A stretch of 64,000 nucleotides of DNA from Camelus ferus (Eukaryota): NCBI RefSeq assembly GCF_009834535.1, contig NC_045696.1, positions 86,554,001 to 86,618,000 of the forward strand, read 5' to 3'. Positions 26,131 through 40,349 of this stretch are shown one piece after another; the stretch's first letter is position 1, and each line of letters opens with the position of its first letter. Below the pieces are notes generated by a model, which made no database searches, was not told the DNA's origin, and worked only from the letters and a program-made list of their open reading frames with translations. The position numbers were made by a program, and so were the translations under genes.

Positions 26131-26999
26131 TTTTTCTATATAAATATAAAATAAAATGTTTATATGTACTACCAATAGAAAAAGCTATAGTCTTTGAAAA
26201 AATACAGTTTATTAGTGTTGATAAGTAATTTCTTTTTTTTCAAGGAAAAGTTTTTAATACTATTAATAGACTTCTATACACAAATCGGGAAATTGGAGTT
26301 CTACATATAGCCTTGGAATAATGACAACTTTATGAGGGTACAGTAGTAATAAAAAATATCAATGTGTTATCATAATAGGCAGACTAACTTCAAGGTGATA
26401 AAATTTCTCAAAATAAATGTTTGCTACTGCAAAGCTTCTGGATTTTCTGGGCTCTAAGAAATGTCTGGTCATTTAACATGGCATGGTTTCTAGAAGTGTC
26501 CAACTATCTTGGTTTACATGTGAAAGCCACCTTACAAATTAATTGCTTACAATTTACAGTTGGAAGAAAAAATATTTCTTTACTTTTTTCCCCCACATCA
26601 TGGGCTTTTTCACTATTCATCTAACCCCAGCTATCAAGTGTTTACTGACTAACCGCATATATGTGTTATGTTATGATTAAGAAGATCTTCAAATAATTTG
26701 CAGTCCAGAAGTCAAGAGAAAAAATATAATTTTAAAACAAGCCCAAAGCAAATACATTCAACAGCATGAGGATAAATTTAAACATTTAAATAAGGAACCA
26801 TGCTTCTTAGAAAAAAGTGGGTAAATAATAATAAAAATAAAAGCAAAAAAAGGAAAGCATGTTGTAGAATATATGTGTAAGGAATTAAAAATTAAATGTA
26901 ACATATGAGAAATACCTTGAAAGTGGTAATAACAACTGCAGTACTATTGCATTCTACTAATGTAATTAATTATATGGAATAGGTACCAAAAATTACAAC

Positions 27000-27170
27000 A
27001 AGCATTTAATTCTCACAAATATCCTTATGAATGATAACATGATTATTCTCATTTATAGATGAACAAATAGCCAAAGAGAGGTTAAATGAATTTCCCAAAT
27101 TCACACAACTAACAGATGATGGAGCCAGATTTTTATTTTGTGCATTTTAATACTGAAATCCATGTTTTAA
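27000..27170 (-). mobile_element. MIR SINE
   Basis: catttaattctcacaa...attattctcatttatagatgaacaaatagccaaagagaggttaaatgaatttcccaaattcacacaacta. Confidence 0.85.
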
Positions 27171-28048
27171 AGAACAATTCTAGTTTGTAGTTCTCTGTGT
27201 CTCCAGTTTGCCAAAACATTTTATCTAGAATCTAAACTGGAGAGCATTTGTAGGGGTAACTAGACATTTAGCAAGACTAATGCTCTTGCAGCCAATACTC
27301 TTGTCATTGACTACTTAGAGAACAAATAAAACAATGTTCTATTATAAACTAATTTTAGTTACAGCAATTATTATTCTTCAAACCATGGGTCATGGTCCTT
27401 AAGAAGATATAATTGAAGAAAAAAATATATTTCTAGAAAAGCTTCATTTTGTTAAATCTGTATTTCATATAATGTGACTAGTCTGTCTACTCACATCGTT
27501 GTGGGATTTTCTTTCACTTAACTACCAGTGGATGTTTAACTCTTTATCATTTTATTTTTCTTTTTGAGATTCAATGATTATGAAGACATAAGCATTAAAG
27601 TAATTTTAATAAGAAAAATATGGCATTATCAGAATGAGCATAGTTATCACAAATTTATACACAAGAGAAGAATGAATATTGAATTTATTTTCTTTTAAAA
27701 AGCTATTATTGTATGATTTTCATGAAAAATACCATAATTTAGCACATGATATTAATAAAAATCACATATATTTTTGTACATAATAGAATATAATTGTCTT
27801 CATTCCATGTATTTCTTATGAATTTGCACTGAGCTGTATTCTTCAATTTATAGCTATCTAAATGATATTTCTTATCACTTCTTTGAGCTCATATAAATAT
27901 AATTCTATTGGTAAGAGACATCTGTTTACTAATGTACAATATTTATTTGAATATAAAATATCTGTGTATATTTTCTACTTTACACAAGGTACCATTAGCT
28001 ATTGAATTACAATATCTGTTTCTATGTTACCTGATTGATGTCGAGTTA

Positions 28049-28051
<3 letters not shown>

Positions 28052-28093
<42 letters not shown>
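28052..28093. repeat. (GT)n microsatellite, ~21 units
   Basis: Read directly from the sequence. Confidence 0.97.
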
Positions 28094-28095
<2 letters not shown>

Positions 28096-29181
28096 ATTTA
28101 GCAGTTGATGCTGTCATTCTAAATATTCACCACTGTACTCTATCAGCTATGATTTGGCTCACCCTATGGAATCAATTGATGTTTTACAGTTCAATTCATA
28201 GACTAGAAAGCTCAGTGAACTATTATATAAAGTAAATCTCATAAATGTATTCTGTGGATTTAGATTTTATGGCATGTATATGGAGAGGAAGTTTACTTAG
28301 AAGCAAAACAGGCATTGCAGCCCTTGTTTTCAAGTGTGACACTAAGATTTCCTCCATGTTAACTTCAACAGGACATTCTCAGAGGCTCTCACACTGCTGA
28401 ATATATGTATTAAATACTAAATAAAATTATAATTTGTTCCACTGCTTTTCTAGATATAATAATATGACTTGTTAAAAAGTTTGTAGAGATCAGTAGGACC
28501 TTATGGCATGCAACATAAAATCACAAATATAACTAGCTAAACAAAATTATTAACCAGAGTATTCACATTTATTTAAGAAGCAGAGATTAAGGAGTTAGCT
28601 TGTTTTCTTATAAAAAATGGCAAACGTGAAAATCGTCGTGGTGAAGAAGGGAATGTTGTATTCAGTTATTTTATTCTTTTCCAAAGGGGAAAGAAAAACA
28701 TGGTGAAAGCTTAACAAGTACAGTAAGACTGCAATTTCTGAATGAATAGGCTTAGGGGCAACATTTAGGCACTATCCATTATTGTGTAAAATTAGACATT
28801 CTTCCAAGATATTATATTCTAGTGATCTCGATAATTTTTCCTATATTGTCCCTAAGCCTATATCAGTATTTTGTTTTATTTAAAAACGTTAATATATCAA
28901 CCTTCCAGAAATCAACTTCCAAAAGTTTTCTATAAATAAATATTGAATTCATATGAATAACCACACTCATAAAAAAACATAGTACATTTGAAAACATAGT
29001 ACAATAAATTAAAATATTAAAGTATTACTTTATTTGTTGGATAGAGGAATATTTAATGAACAGATATAAAATGTATAGAGATAGATATATGCAAAATGTA
29101 TCACATAAGGTCAATCGATTATACCAAACATTCATATATTCAAACTCCTTTAATCCTCTTAAAAACCTCTTAAGATGTTAC

Positions 29182-29704
29182 TCTTGTAGGCTGAATAGCA
29201 TCCCCTCCAAAGATAGCCAGCTACATCCTAATTCCCAGAAGCTGTCATTACATTACCTTACATGGCAAAAGTGACTTTGTTGATGTAATTAAGTTGAGAA
29301 TCTTGTGATGAGAAGATTATCCAGGTGGCACAAGCGTAATCACAAGGTTATTTATGAGGGGGAGGGTAAGAGTCAGAGTCAGACAACGAGATGGGATGAC
29401 AAGAGCAGAGCGAGAAGAGGGAAAGGGGAAGTAGAGAGAGAGGAAGAGGGAGAGAAAGAAGAAAGAGAGAGACAGAGAGAGATGTGAAGATGTGCTCCTG
29501 GAAGAAGAAGCCATATGCTAAGGAATGCAGGTGGCCTCTAGTAGTTGGAAAGGCAAGGAAATGAATTCTCCCCTAGAGTTTCTAGAAGGAACCCTGCTAA
29601 CACTTTGATTATGACTTCTGTCCTCCACCTTGTAAGATAATAAATCTGTGTCTTTATCTACTAAATTTGTGGTAATTGGTTATAGCAGCAATGGGAAGTT
29701 AACC
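29182..29704 (+). mobile_element. MaLR solo LTR (MLT1C/D-like) inserted into a MIR
   Basis: ttaccttacatggcaaaagtgactttg, aggcaaggaaatgaattctcccctagag, aataaatctgtg, ttatagcagcaatgggaagttaa; MIR-like sequence on both sides (~29125-29181 and 29705-29840). Confidence 0.88.
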
Positions 29705-31549
29705 GTTATTATTTACTTAAAGTTATTTTGACAAAAGTTTAAAAAGCAATGTAACTTGCCCAATGAATCACAATTAATAAATGGTAAATATAGCATAAGA
29801 ACCTGTTTCTGACCTTCCCTGAAGCTAAGCCCTTTCCACAGACTCATAATTTTTAAGTGTAACATTTGTTTTCTAAGAACTGGGTCTTAGAACATACTAA
29901 AAAGAAAAAGTTCAACAGGAAAGGCTATGCTTCATTAATTTTAACTTATTTTCATATGACTACAAACTATGATTATTGAATATTCACTCTATATCACACA
30001 CTGTACTAGGTGCTTAGGGTATAACAGACTACATAGATGGAGTGCTTACCCTGATGAGCACCATTTGCCTGTCTTGAGTAGTTTATTTTTTCCCTTCAGG
30101 CAATATGTCATAAAAGGAAAAGTTTTAATTGCAACAAGAACTAATAAACACAACTACCTTAAAGACAAACTTTTCAGGAGGCTTAGTTTTCCCAAAAAAG
30201 AAGGTAATGATAAAAGTATAAGCAAGATAAAATGGTTCATCTTTTTAGGTTTACTTATACATCCTTGAGCTGGGAAACCAGAAATAGTTGTTTTTCCTTT
30301 TATACAAATATGAAACTAGAGTATTTCTTTTTATTATCAATGTAGGAAATGATTTTCTTTGAAAAACTACAATTCATCAGGATTATAGTTCCAACTTATC
30401 TAGAAAGAGGGCAATTTATTTAACAAATTATATGTAAGTCTACACATCACTTAGTTTTTAAAATTTATTTTTATCTAGTTATCAAGTAAATGGAAAAATT
30501 AAAGTGTATGAATTTCACTTCCATGGTTTGATACATACTACAATTCTCAAAATGTTTACCCATGGAAAATGCTGCAGACATATGTTAAAGGAACAAATTA
30601 ATTCACAGAAGAAAAAAAAGAGGGAAGGAAACAGTTCTTTCATTAAAATTCTTTTTTAAAAAATATTCATGATGATGGATTGTGTGGCAACAATGAAAAA
30701 AGTTTAAACAGATTTTACACAAAACATCATTTATACAACTGCTCCCACTATGCATCAGAATGACTCACTCAAACATTGCTCTTTCCATCTCTCACCTTTT
30801 TTTAATAGTTCCCTGAGTAAAGGTTAAGTATACCTAAGGGATTCAGATCAGAGCATGAGAATATAAACCAATGGCATCAATGGGAAATTAGCTAAATATG
30901 TCATAAAATTTTTTAGAGTTGACTTACCAATTCTGTAGGACATTTTCAAGGTAATTCTCACATCAGGACAGATCTCATAAACATATATTTACCTTTAAAT
31001 AAAATATATGCAGAGAATTATAAAATCGTTTTTAAACATATACAGATTTTTGATATCATTGAATGTTATTCATTCAGAAAATATTCACAGCAAATATAAT
31101 GTCAATTTGTCTACTTAAAATTTTTTTTTCTAAAATTGAGGCTTAAAATACAATTTTTATTTTGAAAATACTTTGCTTTCATCTCCGGCACCACCTGTGG
31201 AGAATGAAGAGTTCCTAGAAATCGAACACATCACTTTGAACATGTATTTCAATTCTACAAATTATAGGAGGTATAGCTTTAACCAGTAATGAGTGATTAA
31301 TCCTATAAAAGTCAGCAAGATCATCCCTTAAAACATATATATTTTATTTTCTAAGAGAAATAGTCTGTTGAAGTGAACAGTAGTCTGTTCTTAATTCTTC
31401 TGTAGTATGTAACACCTTATACTTGGGAGCAAGAAATATGCCTATAGGTGAAATTCAGCCCATGGTAATATTTCTATTGCATTCTACATATTCTAAATAA
31501 TAAGACGTTTTATATTAACGTATCCAAATCTTTGCCTTACTATTTTTAA

Positions 31550-32710
31550 TTAATAAACTTTATTTTTGAGCAGTTTTATTCACAGCAAAATTATGTGAAA
31601 AGTACAGAGTTCCCATATATCTTCTGTCCGCACATACACAACCTCTCCTGCTATCAACATCCTGAGTACAGTGGTCCATTTGTTACAATACACGAACCAA
31701 CACTGATACATCCTTGTCACCTAAAGTCCATAGTTTGCATTAGAGTTCACTCTCAGTGTTGAGTTCTGACAAATGTATAATGACATGTATTCACTATTTA
31801 TAGAATAGTTTTGCCACCCTAAAAATTCTCTGTGCTCTGCCTATTCAACCCTCCCTCGCTGCTAACCACTGGCAACCACTGACCTTTTTAGTGTCCCCAT
31901 AGTTTTACCTTTTCCATAATGTCATATAGTGAATCACACAGTATCTAACCTTTCAGATTGGATTCTTTCACTTAGTAATATGTATTTAGAGTTCCATCAT
32001 GACTTTTCATGGCTTGATAGCTCATTTCCTTTTAGTGCTGAATACCACTGCACTACCTGGTTGTATCACAATTTTTTATTAATTTGTCTACTGAAAGACA
32101 TCTTGATTGCATTGTTTTAAAAAATTATTAATAAAACTGATATAAATATCTGGGTGCAAGTTTTTGTGTGAACATGTTTTCAGGTCCTTTGGATAAACAT
32201 CAAGGAGCGTGATTGCTGGACTGTATAGTAAAAATATGTTAAGTTTTATAAGAAGCTTCCAAGCTATCTTCCTAAATGTATGACCAGCAGAGAATGAAAA
32301 GTTCCTGTTACTCTACTACACCACATACTTGTCAACATTTGGTGTTACCAACATTTGGACTGTGATCCTTCTACCAGGTATATAGTGATAGCTCAGTGTT
32401 TCAATTTGAAATTACCTAATGATGTATGATATTGAACATCTTTTCATGGATTATGCCTTTGATGTCATAACTAAAAAGGCACCATCATACCCAAGGCCAT
32501 CTAAGTTTTCTCTTTTGTTGTTTTCTAAGAGTTTTATGGTTTGCATTTTCATTTAGGTCTATGATCCATTTAAAGTAGTTTATATAGAAAGCATTAGGTC
32601 ATGTCTAGATTCACTTTTTTTCCATGTGCATGTCCACGTGTTGTAGCACCATTTCTTGAAAAAACTACCTTTGTTTCATTATATTGCTCCCATTCTTTTG
32701 TCAAAGATTA
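31550..32710 (-). mobile_element. L1MC1/2-like 3' end and ORF2 fragment
   Basis: gagcagttttattcacagcaaaatt, aaagtccatagtttgcattagagttcactc, aggtctatgatccattt, agcaccatttcttgaaaa. Confidence 0.85.
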
Positions 32711-33251
32711 GAGGGTTATATTAATGTGGCTGGTTATGCTGTGAGAGTGAGAGATTGTATGTGTGTGGGAAGTGGGGGCTCTGAGTGTTTTGAGAGTAGG
32801 GATGGTTTAATTGACCTTGTAAATGTTTGGAGAGTGGGTTTACTATGGAAATATTTGAGTGCTGGACAGTGCATTTGGGTCTATTTGAAGTGTCAAACTT
32901 AATGTAACCAAGTCTCCTAATCATGTGAATTTCTTCTGCAAGGAGCAGCAGCCTGAATATTATTTGACACAATGAAGAAGAGTAGCTAAAATGATCCAGT
33001 GTTGACATTTTGCTGGATTAAGAGAGAAATGGAAATGGGGGTAAAAAGTTTAGCATGTCAGCAAGAGTAATTGAAATGATGAACCATATAATTCAAAGTA
33101 GATAAAAAAGGGAACAAATTTAAAAGGAGGTTGATGCAAATAAAAATCAGCTGGAGATACCAGTGAGGTCAACTGATTATGAAGGAAGAAATTGACCAGT
33201 TGATAAAGAAAACTGCTAACATGGGAGATTGTGATAGGGAAGCTAAAACCT

Positions 33252-33688
33252 TGTCTTGGTTTGAATTCCCTCAGGTGACAAGGGAAAATAATTTGAATGC
33301 AAGAAGTTTATTTGGGAAGAAATCTCAGAACATGCTGTCATAGGATTGGAAAATGAAACAGGTAAATGATGGAAAACAATAAAAGGTCAGTTATCTATCA
33401 AGTTACCCTATAGACAAGTGGAGAATAACCACACTGGACACTCTAGAGGACCGGGTAAAATTCTCATGGTTAAATGGCTGAGAAACAAAAGGAGTTGGAA
33501 GTCTCACTCTATCTCCTACTGTCATTCCTTGGTGGAGGGCTACTCCAAGGGGAGTTACATTCACCATGCTTAGATTTCCCTGAACAATAGTCAAAAAAAG
33601 TCTTCAGGAAAACAGGTAGTAGCAGGCTACCTTGGGTGGACAAGTTAAGTGCCATGAAAGTATGGTGGGCCACTGATGGCTTCTGCTA
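33252..33688 (-). mobile_element. ERVL-class LTR (LTR33-like)
   Basis: tgtcttggtttgaattccc...gaatgcaagaagtttatttgggaag...aataaaagg; ends gccactgatggcttctgcta. Confidence 0.6.
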
Positions 33689-33830
33689 AAAGTATTATCT
33701 AGATCCAGAGTGGGTATGTGAGGACCATTTTATTAAGGGGTATTACCTTTTTCCTTTTCTGAAATTTCCTTCCTATAAAGCAAGGCTTGGGCATTCTCAA
33801 TTATTATAACTCATTCAATATGAGGGAGGT

Positions 33831-34195
33831 TGCTATGGTCTGAATGTTTGTATTTCTCTAAAACTCATATATTGAAATCCTAACTCCCTAAGGTAATGGT
33901 ATTAAGATGTGGGTCTTTGGGAGGTGATTAGGTCACTAGGGTAGAACTCTCATGAATGAGTTTAGTGCCCTTATAAAAGAGACCCGGAAGAGCTCCTTAG
34001 GCTCTTCCACCACATGAGGACACAGCAAAAAATTGGCATCCTACAACCCAGAAGAGGGCCTTCACCAGAACCAGGCCATGCTGGTGCTCTGATCTTAGAC
34101 TTTCCAGCTTCCTGAACTGTCAGAATAAGTTTCTGTTGTTTATAAGCCACCCAGTCTGTTGTATTTTGTTATAGTAGCCCAAATAGACTAATACA
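33831..34195 (+). mobile_element. MaLR solo LTR (MLT1A0-like)
   Basis: Starts tgctatggtctgaatg, ends gactaataca; 5-bp TSD GAGGT/GAGAT with one mismatch. Confidence 0.93.
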
Positions 34196-34454
34196 GAGAT
34201 ATAATGACTACTCTTCATGGTAGGTATATTAAAATAACGTGTATAATCTACTCAGGTCTTTGCTTCTTAGGTGCACACTGCCTATAAAGGCTAAGTTTTC
34301 TCTTAAAAGTCTCTATGTTGCAAAGCATTCAGAGGCTTAGTCTGATTCATCTCTGCATGAGCCAGACTAAATCTGGAATTCAGTTAGCAGGCTCTTCTAC
34401 TAAGCTATGTCTTCCAACTTAGCTTTAACTGGTAATAAAGGTGATCATTTTACT

Positions 34455-34535
34455 CTTTATATTTACTCTGTTTTAAATTAAATTTAAATAGGTATAACCA
34501 TGTGTGTCTAGTAACTACTGTAATTGGACAGCACA
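34455..34535. mobile_element. MER3/MER33-like hAT-Charlie end fragment
   Basis: accatgtgtgtctagtaactactgtaattggacagcac resembles the MER3/33 terminus. Confidence 0.5.
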
Positions 34536-34559
34536 TGTATAAGGCTCCTGTAAAGGTTA

Positions 34560-35280
34560 CATAAAAGTGTGAAAGTGAGCCTTCTTGTCTTTTTTAACTA
34601 TCTCAAGGAAGAAAGCTTTCAATTATTCATGGTTAAATATGATATTTGCTGTTTTTAATAGATACCATTTATCTGATTAACATAACTCCCTACAATTCAT
34701 AATTATTTAGAGCAGGTTCAGCAAACTATGGCCTGTTTTCATAAATAACGTCATACTGGAACATAACAGTGACTGTTTGCATACTGTCTGGGCTGTTTTA
34801 CAGTCTCAGGATTGAACAGTTGTGACAAACTGTATGGCCTACAAAACAAAACAAAACATTTATTATCATGACCCTACAGAAAGATTTTTCTGACCCTTAA
34901 GGTAGAGTTTGTATCATAAATAAATGTTAGATTTTATCAAAGTTTTTACACATGTAGGAATTTATCTGAGAATTTGTTTATTTCATGGAAGTTTCAAGTT
35001 TATAGGCAAAAATGTTCATAATATTTCTCATAACTATTTTTAGTAGGGCATGCCTCTTTTAAAATTAATAACAGTGAAAACATAAATATTCTGTATTCTC
35101 TCTTCTATTTTCTATTTTTCTTCTATGTTTTCTCAGTTTTCCTGCATCTTTATCAAAATATTAGTGTTTTCAAAGAACCAAGTTTGACTGTCTTCATTCT
35201 CTTTATTGTTTTCTTCCCCTATTTCATTCGTTTCTGCTCTTAAATTCTTTTCTTTTCTTTTTTCTTTTGCTATTTTTGTC
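34560..35280 (-). mobile_element. Old L1M ORF2 fragments, split by MER58
   Basis: aagctttcaattattcatggttaaatatgatatttgctg; ttttcaaagaaccaagttt (antisense WFFE). Confidence 0.65.
34713..34899. mobile_element. MER58A-like non-autonomous hAT-Charlie transposon
   Basis: caggttcagcaaactatggcc...tatggcctacaaa...tctgaccctt; degenerate 8-bp TSD ATTTAGAG/AGGTAGAG resembling the Charlie NTCTAGAN target. Confidence 0.8.
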
Positions 35281-35289
35281 AGGTTTCTT

Positions 35290-35380
35290 CTCTTTCTTTG
35301 TTTCCTTCTTCTTCCTCTCCCCTCCCCCTCCTCCATCCTCTCCCCCTCCTCCATCCTCTCCCCTTCCTCCTCCTCCTTTT
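35290..35380. repeat. CT-rich low-complexity tract with an 18-nt tandem unit (ccccctcctccatcctct)
   Basis: Read directly from the sequence. Confidence 0.85.
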
Positions 35381-35934
35381 TGGTTCTAAAATGTCTCTAT
35401 AATGCTTTAATTTGAATTATACCTTCACTGGATATTTGATTTTCCTTCTCTGGTTCCTGCCTTTGCCATCTCAGTTGTTTGCTCTTGGCTGTTCTATGAT
35501 ATTTCTAGATGTTGTTTTCTCTGTATTAATTTTGAGAAGAAGCTAAAGCTTGAAATTTGCTTCTTCCATACATGGCTGATGTTTTAATCAATTTTGGAAA
35601 ACGGTTATTTACATATTTTCATATATTGCTTTTGCAACATTTTGTATCTTCTTTCCTTCTAGATCTTCAATTAAATTCTGTTAGGTATTTTCATAGTGTC
35701 CTATATATAACTCCTGTTCCTTCCCCCCAGTATTCCTCCCTCTCTTTTTACTTAAAATATTTTCTAATGATCTATTTTTAGTTTACTAATCCTCTCCTCT
35801 GCCAACTCTGATGTGTTGTTAAATTCATATTTTAAATTCTTAATTTTAGTTATTGCAGTTTTCAGTTCTAACATTTCTATTTAATTTTCTCAAAGGAGCT
35901 CTGATTGCTTTTAAGTTTTTAATTTAAAAAAAAT

Positions 35935-36400
35935 TCTTTCTAGCTTTACTTAAATATAATTGACATACAGCACTGTATAAGTATTAGGTGTACAGCATAA
36001 TAATTTGACTTATGTATGTCATGAAATGACTACCACAGTAAGTTTAATGCACATCCATCATCTTATACAAAGAAAAAGAAAAAAACTTTTCCTTGTGATG
36101 AAAACTCTTAGAATTTACTCTCAATAACTGTCATATATGTAACATACAGCAATCTTAATTATATTTATCATATCATACATTACATCCCCAGTATCTTATA
36201 ACTGTAAGTTGTACCTTTTAATTACCTCGATCCAGTCCCCTTTCCCCCACCTCAACTCTGGTAACCACAGATCTGATCTATTTTTCTATGAGTTTGTTTG
36301 TTTTTGAAGTATAAATGACCTACAACACTATGTTACTTTCTGGAGCACAACATAGTGATTCAGTATTTCTGTACATTACAAAATGATTGCAAAATAGGTA
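35935..36400 (-). mobile_element. L1MA9-lineage (laurasiatherian) 3' UTR fragment
   Basis: aattgacatacagcactgtataag...ttgtgatgaaaactcttagaatttactctc...ggtaaccacagatctgatc...tttgaagtataaatgacctacaac. Confidence 0.82.
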
Positions 36401-37239
36401 TAGTCATGTTTGTGTGATGATCTGAAAAATTATTATCTGAAAAATTGAAAAATTATAGAGATAATTTGAGGTTTTTCCAGGAAAGATTTACTTTTGCTTC
36501 TGGAAGACAGTTAGGGACACTTACTGGGAATTTAGAAGACTAGGCTACAGTAGTGCGAAAGACTGGTAAACCCAAGTAATGACAGGATATCACTAGACTG
36601 TAGTGTCTGTTATTCTCTAACATCTTTCTGGTTCGTGTTATGTCACCTTCCCACCTTCTCTAAGGCCTCCTCAGTGGTGAAATTGCTGGTATTGGACTGA
36701 TAACAGAATAGCTCTGTGTCACCCATGAACAGGATCGATGGGCAATATTCTATACCTGGAAGCTTTTGTCTGTAAAATCTTAAACTATAATATTTGGGAT
36801 ATAGGTATTTCTAAAAGGAAGATGGGACCTAAAATTTAATAAGCAATGCCCTCAATTCACCATCCCAGTTACTGAGATTGTACAGCATGTGGAAAAAATA
36901 GTAGTGTAGTTGTTATTGATGTGTAGTGTGTCAAACTTTACTATCTCTGCCACGTGTATGTGATGTTTCAAAGGTTTGTAAGTTTACAGACAGAATTACA
37001 TGAAAACCAAACATGTATTTAGTTGTTTTCAAATAGTTATTTTATTTTGTCCAGAGTTTGTAATTGTTATGAGCAGAGGATTAGTATGAATATAAGCTTC
37101 TCAGTCTTTAATGGAACTATTTTACCAATAGTCATAAATGATTTCACAAAATATCTAAACCTAGGAAGCCAACCTACTGAAAGCATATTATGTACTTCTG
37201 GCTCCCCTTGGTTGTTATTGAGAAATCAGCCATGAATCT

Positions 37240-38000
37240 AAATTTTTTTTTTTTGGTAAATATTATTTTTTAAGAGACTTTCTATGGTTTTTGTGTTCTT
37301 CATCTTCACTATTGTATATCTAGCTACAGATTTATTTATGTATCTTGATTTCTTTGAGCTTTACATAACTGCCATTATTAGGCAATTATTATTGCTTTAA
37401 TTATTTTCCCTCACAATTCTCCATGATATCTTTCTGGAAAGTTAATAAAATAGAAGTTACATCTTTTTATTCTGATTGTTATATGTCTTAATCTTTCACA
37501 TTTTCTATTTCTTTGTTTCTCTGAACTGCATTCTGGTCCATTATTTCACAGCTAACATATAAATGATAAGCTAGCTCTTCAGCTTGGTCTAATATGTGGT
37601 TTAACTCATTCATTGAATTTTTATTTTCAGTTGCTAAATTTTTAAGTTCTAAAAGTTCTAACTTTTCAAAATGTCTTGATTATTTTTAAAGACTGCTCAT
37701 ATTTCTCATATATTCAATTCCATTAATTCTCTCTTGTGACAAACTAAGTAATTTTTTTTTTGTGTCTCATAATGCCATTATTAGAAGTATTTTGGGCCCT
37801 TATTCAGCTCACACTTGTGTTTATTCTAGCTCAGCCTCTTGACGCTCTTCCTTTGTGCTTTATCACTTTTCATTGAATTATTAATTCATAAAAATATTCA
37901 CAGCTGAGTTGAAATTTTTCACCCCAGAAGTATTTACCTTCTCCTCTGCCAGACAAATAGAAAACAGAAACTACTTTAGATCATGCTAAATTAAAACAAT
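37240..38000 (-). mobile_element. Ancient HAL1/L1ME ORF1-region fragment (similar decayed pieces at 35400-35900 and 36420-36560)
   Basis: T-rich antisense ORF1-like DNA, e.g. tttaactcattcattgaatttttattttcagttgctaaatttttaagttctaaaagttct. Confidence 0.45.
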
Positions 38001-38534
38001 CTGCATGGATTCCACATTCCACGACCTCCCACCCTGGGTGATGTGATGTGGAGATGAAACTTTTGCAAGAGCCAGCATATGATTATGGATTCTTAGTGGA
38101 GAATTGTTCCCCTTCAACTCAGTTTTAAGGTCAAGGTAAGCAAGTTGCTTGCTGATGCCTTCTTTTTACACATAAAATTAAAGTATATCTTTTTTTGAGT
38201 TCCTTCTTTATTCTGGAATGTCCTGCTAGCCTTTTCACTTGGGCTAGCCTTCAGATTTTATCAACTCCCATAAATTCATCACTTTAATATGATGAAGATC
38301 CATCAGTACAGCCAGGGTAAAACAGACATTTACATTTTACCAATTCGTAGGCCTTCCACTTTCACCTTTTTTGGCCTCATTTTCTTAATAGATCAATGAT
38401 TAAAAATTTAATAACCGAGTCAGTATTTAAATTTTAATTGCAGGTTTGTTCTGAGCATCATATTTTTTCTTTCACAGCTCAAATGGGTGTATAGTAAATA
38501 TATAGTAGGTGTAAAATTCATGTATGTTTAAGGA

Positions 38535-38640
38535 TATGTATATGTATATATATACACGTATATGTATACATATGCATACACAAACTCTCACATATATGTT
38601 TGTATATGTGTATATATACACACACACACATATACACATG
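38535..38640. repeat. TA/CA/TG low-complexity repeat
   Basis: Read directly from the sequence. Confidence 0.85.
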
Positions 38641-40349
38641 TTCACAACTAGTTTCAACTAAGTCACATGAAGAGTAAGCATGCTAGAATTTATTTTCCAT
38701 TACAATTTATAGATGTATATCAAAAACAAATATATAAGAGTATGTATTCAGGGCAAACAAGTAATTTGATTGCCATTTCAAAGAAGATAGCATGTTCAAT
38801 ACACCGTTAGAAATATGAACACCTTATGTAAACCATAAAGCACAAACTGTTTTGTAGTTTGCTGAGTATTTATCAGTTTTTCAATCAAATAGTCTTCATT
38901 TTTGTATCAGTAAGATAAAACTTGATATGCTTTTATAATACCTAACAGACCTAACTTGTAGGAAAAAATGTATGTTCTCATCATATAACTACAAAAGAAA
39001 AGTAAATTAGACCCAAAAGAAAGATCATGAAAGAAGTGATCATTTTGATAAAAGTGTGTCCACATGGAATAGGAATAAAAATCTAGATCTTATTAGTCTA
39101 TAGAAACTTTTCATTCTATTATGCAAATATTAAATGTGAACAGCTGGTGGAGTGATGAAATTACTATGCCTGGTAGTTAATAGTCAGATTGTTATATAAA
39201 CACCTTCTTTAATGTGGGAAAGTAATTTTCTTAAATGCTTCAATCAACCTTCATAAGACATCATGTTTCTATAAGCAAAGAGATTTTTGTTTTCCTCTAC
39301 CCCTATTTAGAACAGAAGATAAATAAAATTGCTTCCATAAATATTAAGAAAAAAGTTCTTTAGTAATTATAGAGAGCTTGGTATTATAAAGATAGATTAA
39401 AAATATACCAGTGATAGCATAATAGTTTCATGTGAAAATACAATATTTGAATGTTAGAATCACTAGAGCAACATTAGTGCAATTAAAAACATGACACTTG
39501 ATAGAGATTTGTGGGAAAAAAAAGAGAAAGAATTGTCATTCATTGATTGCCTATAAACTGCTGGACTCTGTGGTACATTTTCAAATACATTACCTAATTG
39601 AATTCACTCAGTAGCACCAGAAGTAGAAAATATATATGAGAAAAATCAGCCTCAAAATACAACCACCCTGCACAACACAGCATGCACAGGTTGCCAGCTA
39701 AAATCTGTCTTCAATCCTGATTGTTTATCAATTGAATGATGAATTTATTTTGAAATAGCATGGAAAATTATGTTATTATAAAAGTGTACTTTTAAGACAT
39801 ATATTACTTATTTTAAAATGATTATAGAAATAGTCAATCAAATAAGTGATATTTCCAAATAAAACAGAGTCATTAAGCCATTTAATTTTTCAGGAACTAG
39901 ATCATGATGGACTCATGCCATGTATCAAAATCAGTAATTTTAATAAATATTTGTATTTAACAATTGCAAGCTAATATATATATTATTTATATTCTTAGTG
40001 ACATTCCTTAACATGAGTAAAAACCAAAACTGGCTTCAATAAATGCCTTTTGATTTAAACTGAGAGTGAAAACCTGAAGATGTTGGCTTAAGGTAATGGA
40101 ATACACACAATTTTTCTTCCATATTTCACTAAATGAAAAGGAATCTGAGAAGGTAAAATGAAGAAAAACAGAAAAATATGAGATACGGAAACCAGATTTC
40201 TTTCCCAGGAACAAAATAAAAAGAATTGTAAATATAAAAGCAATGTAGCAGGCTTTGAGTAGAATACAGATAGAAACTTAAAAAAAAAAATTTAAAGACT
40301 ATGTCTTTGGGCAAAAATGAAATTAATTTTTATCAATTGTATGATTGAG

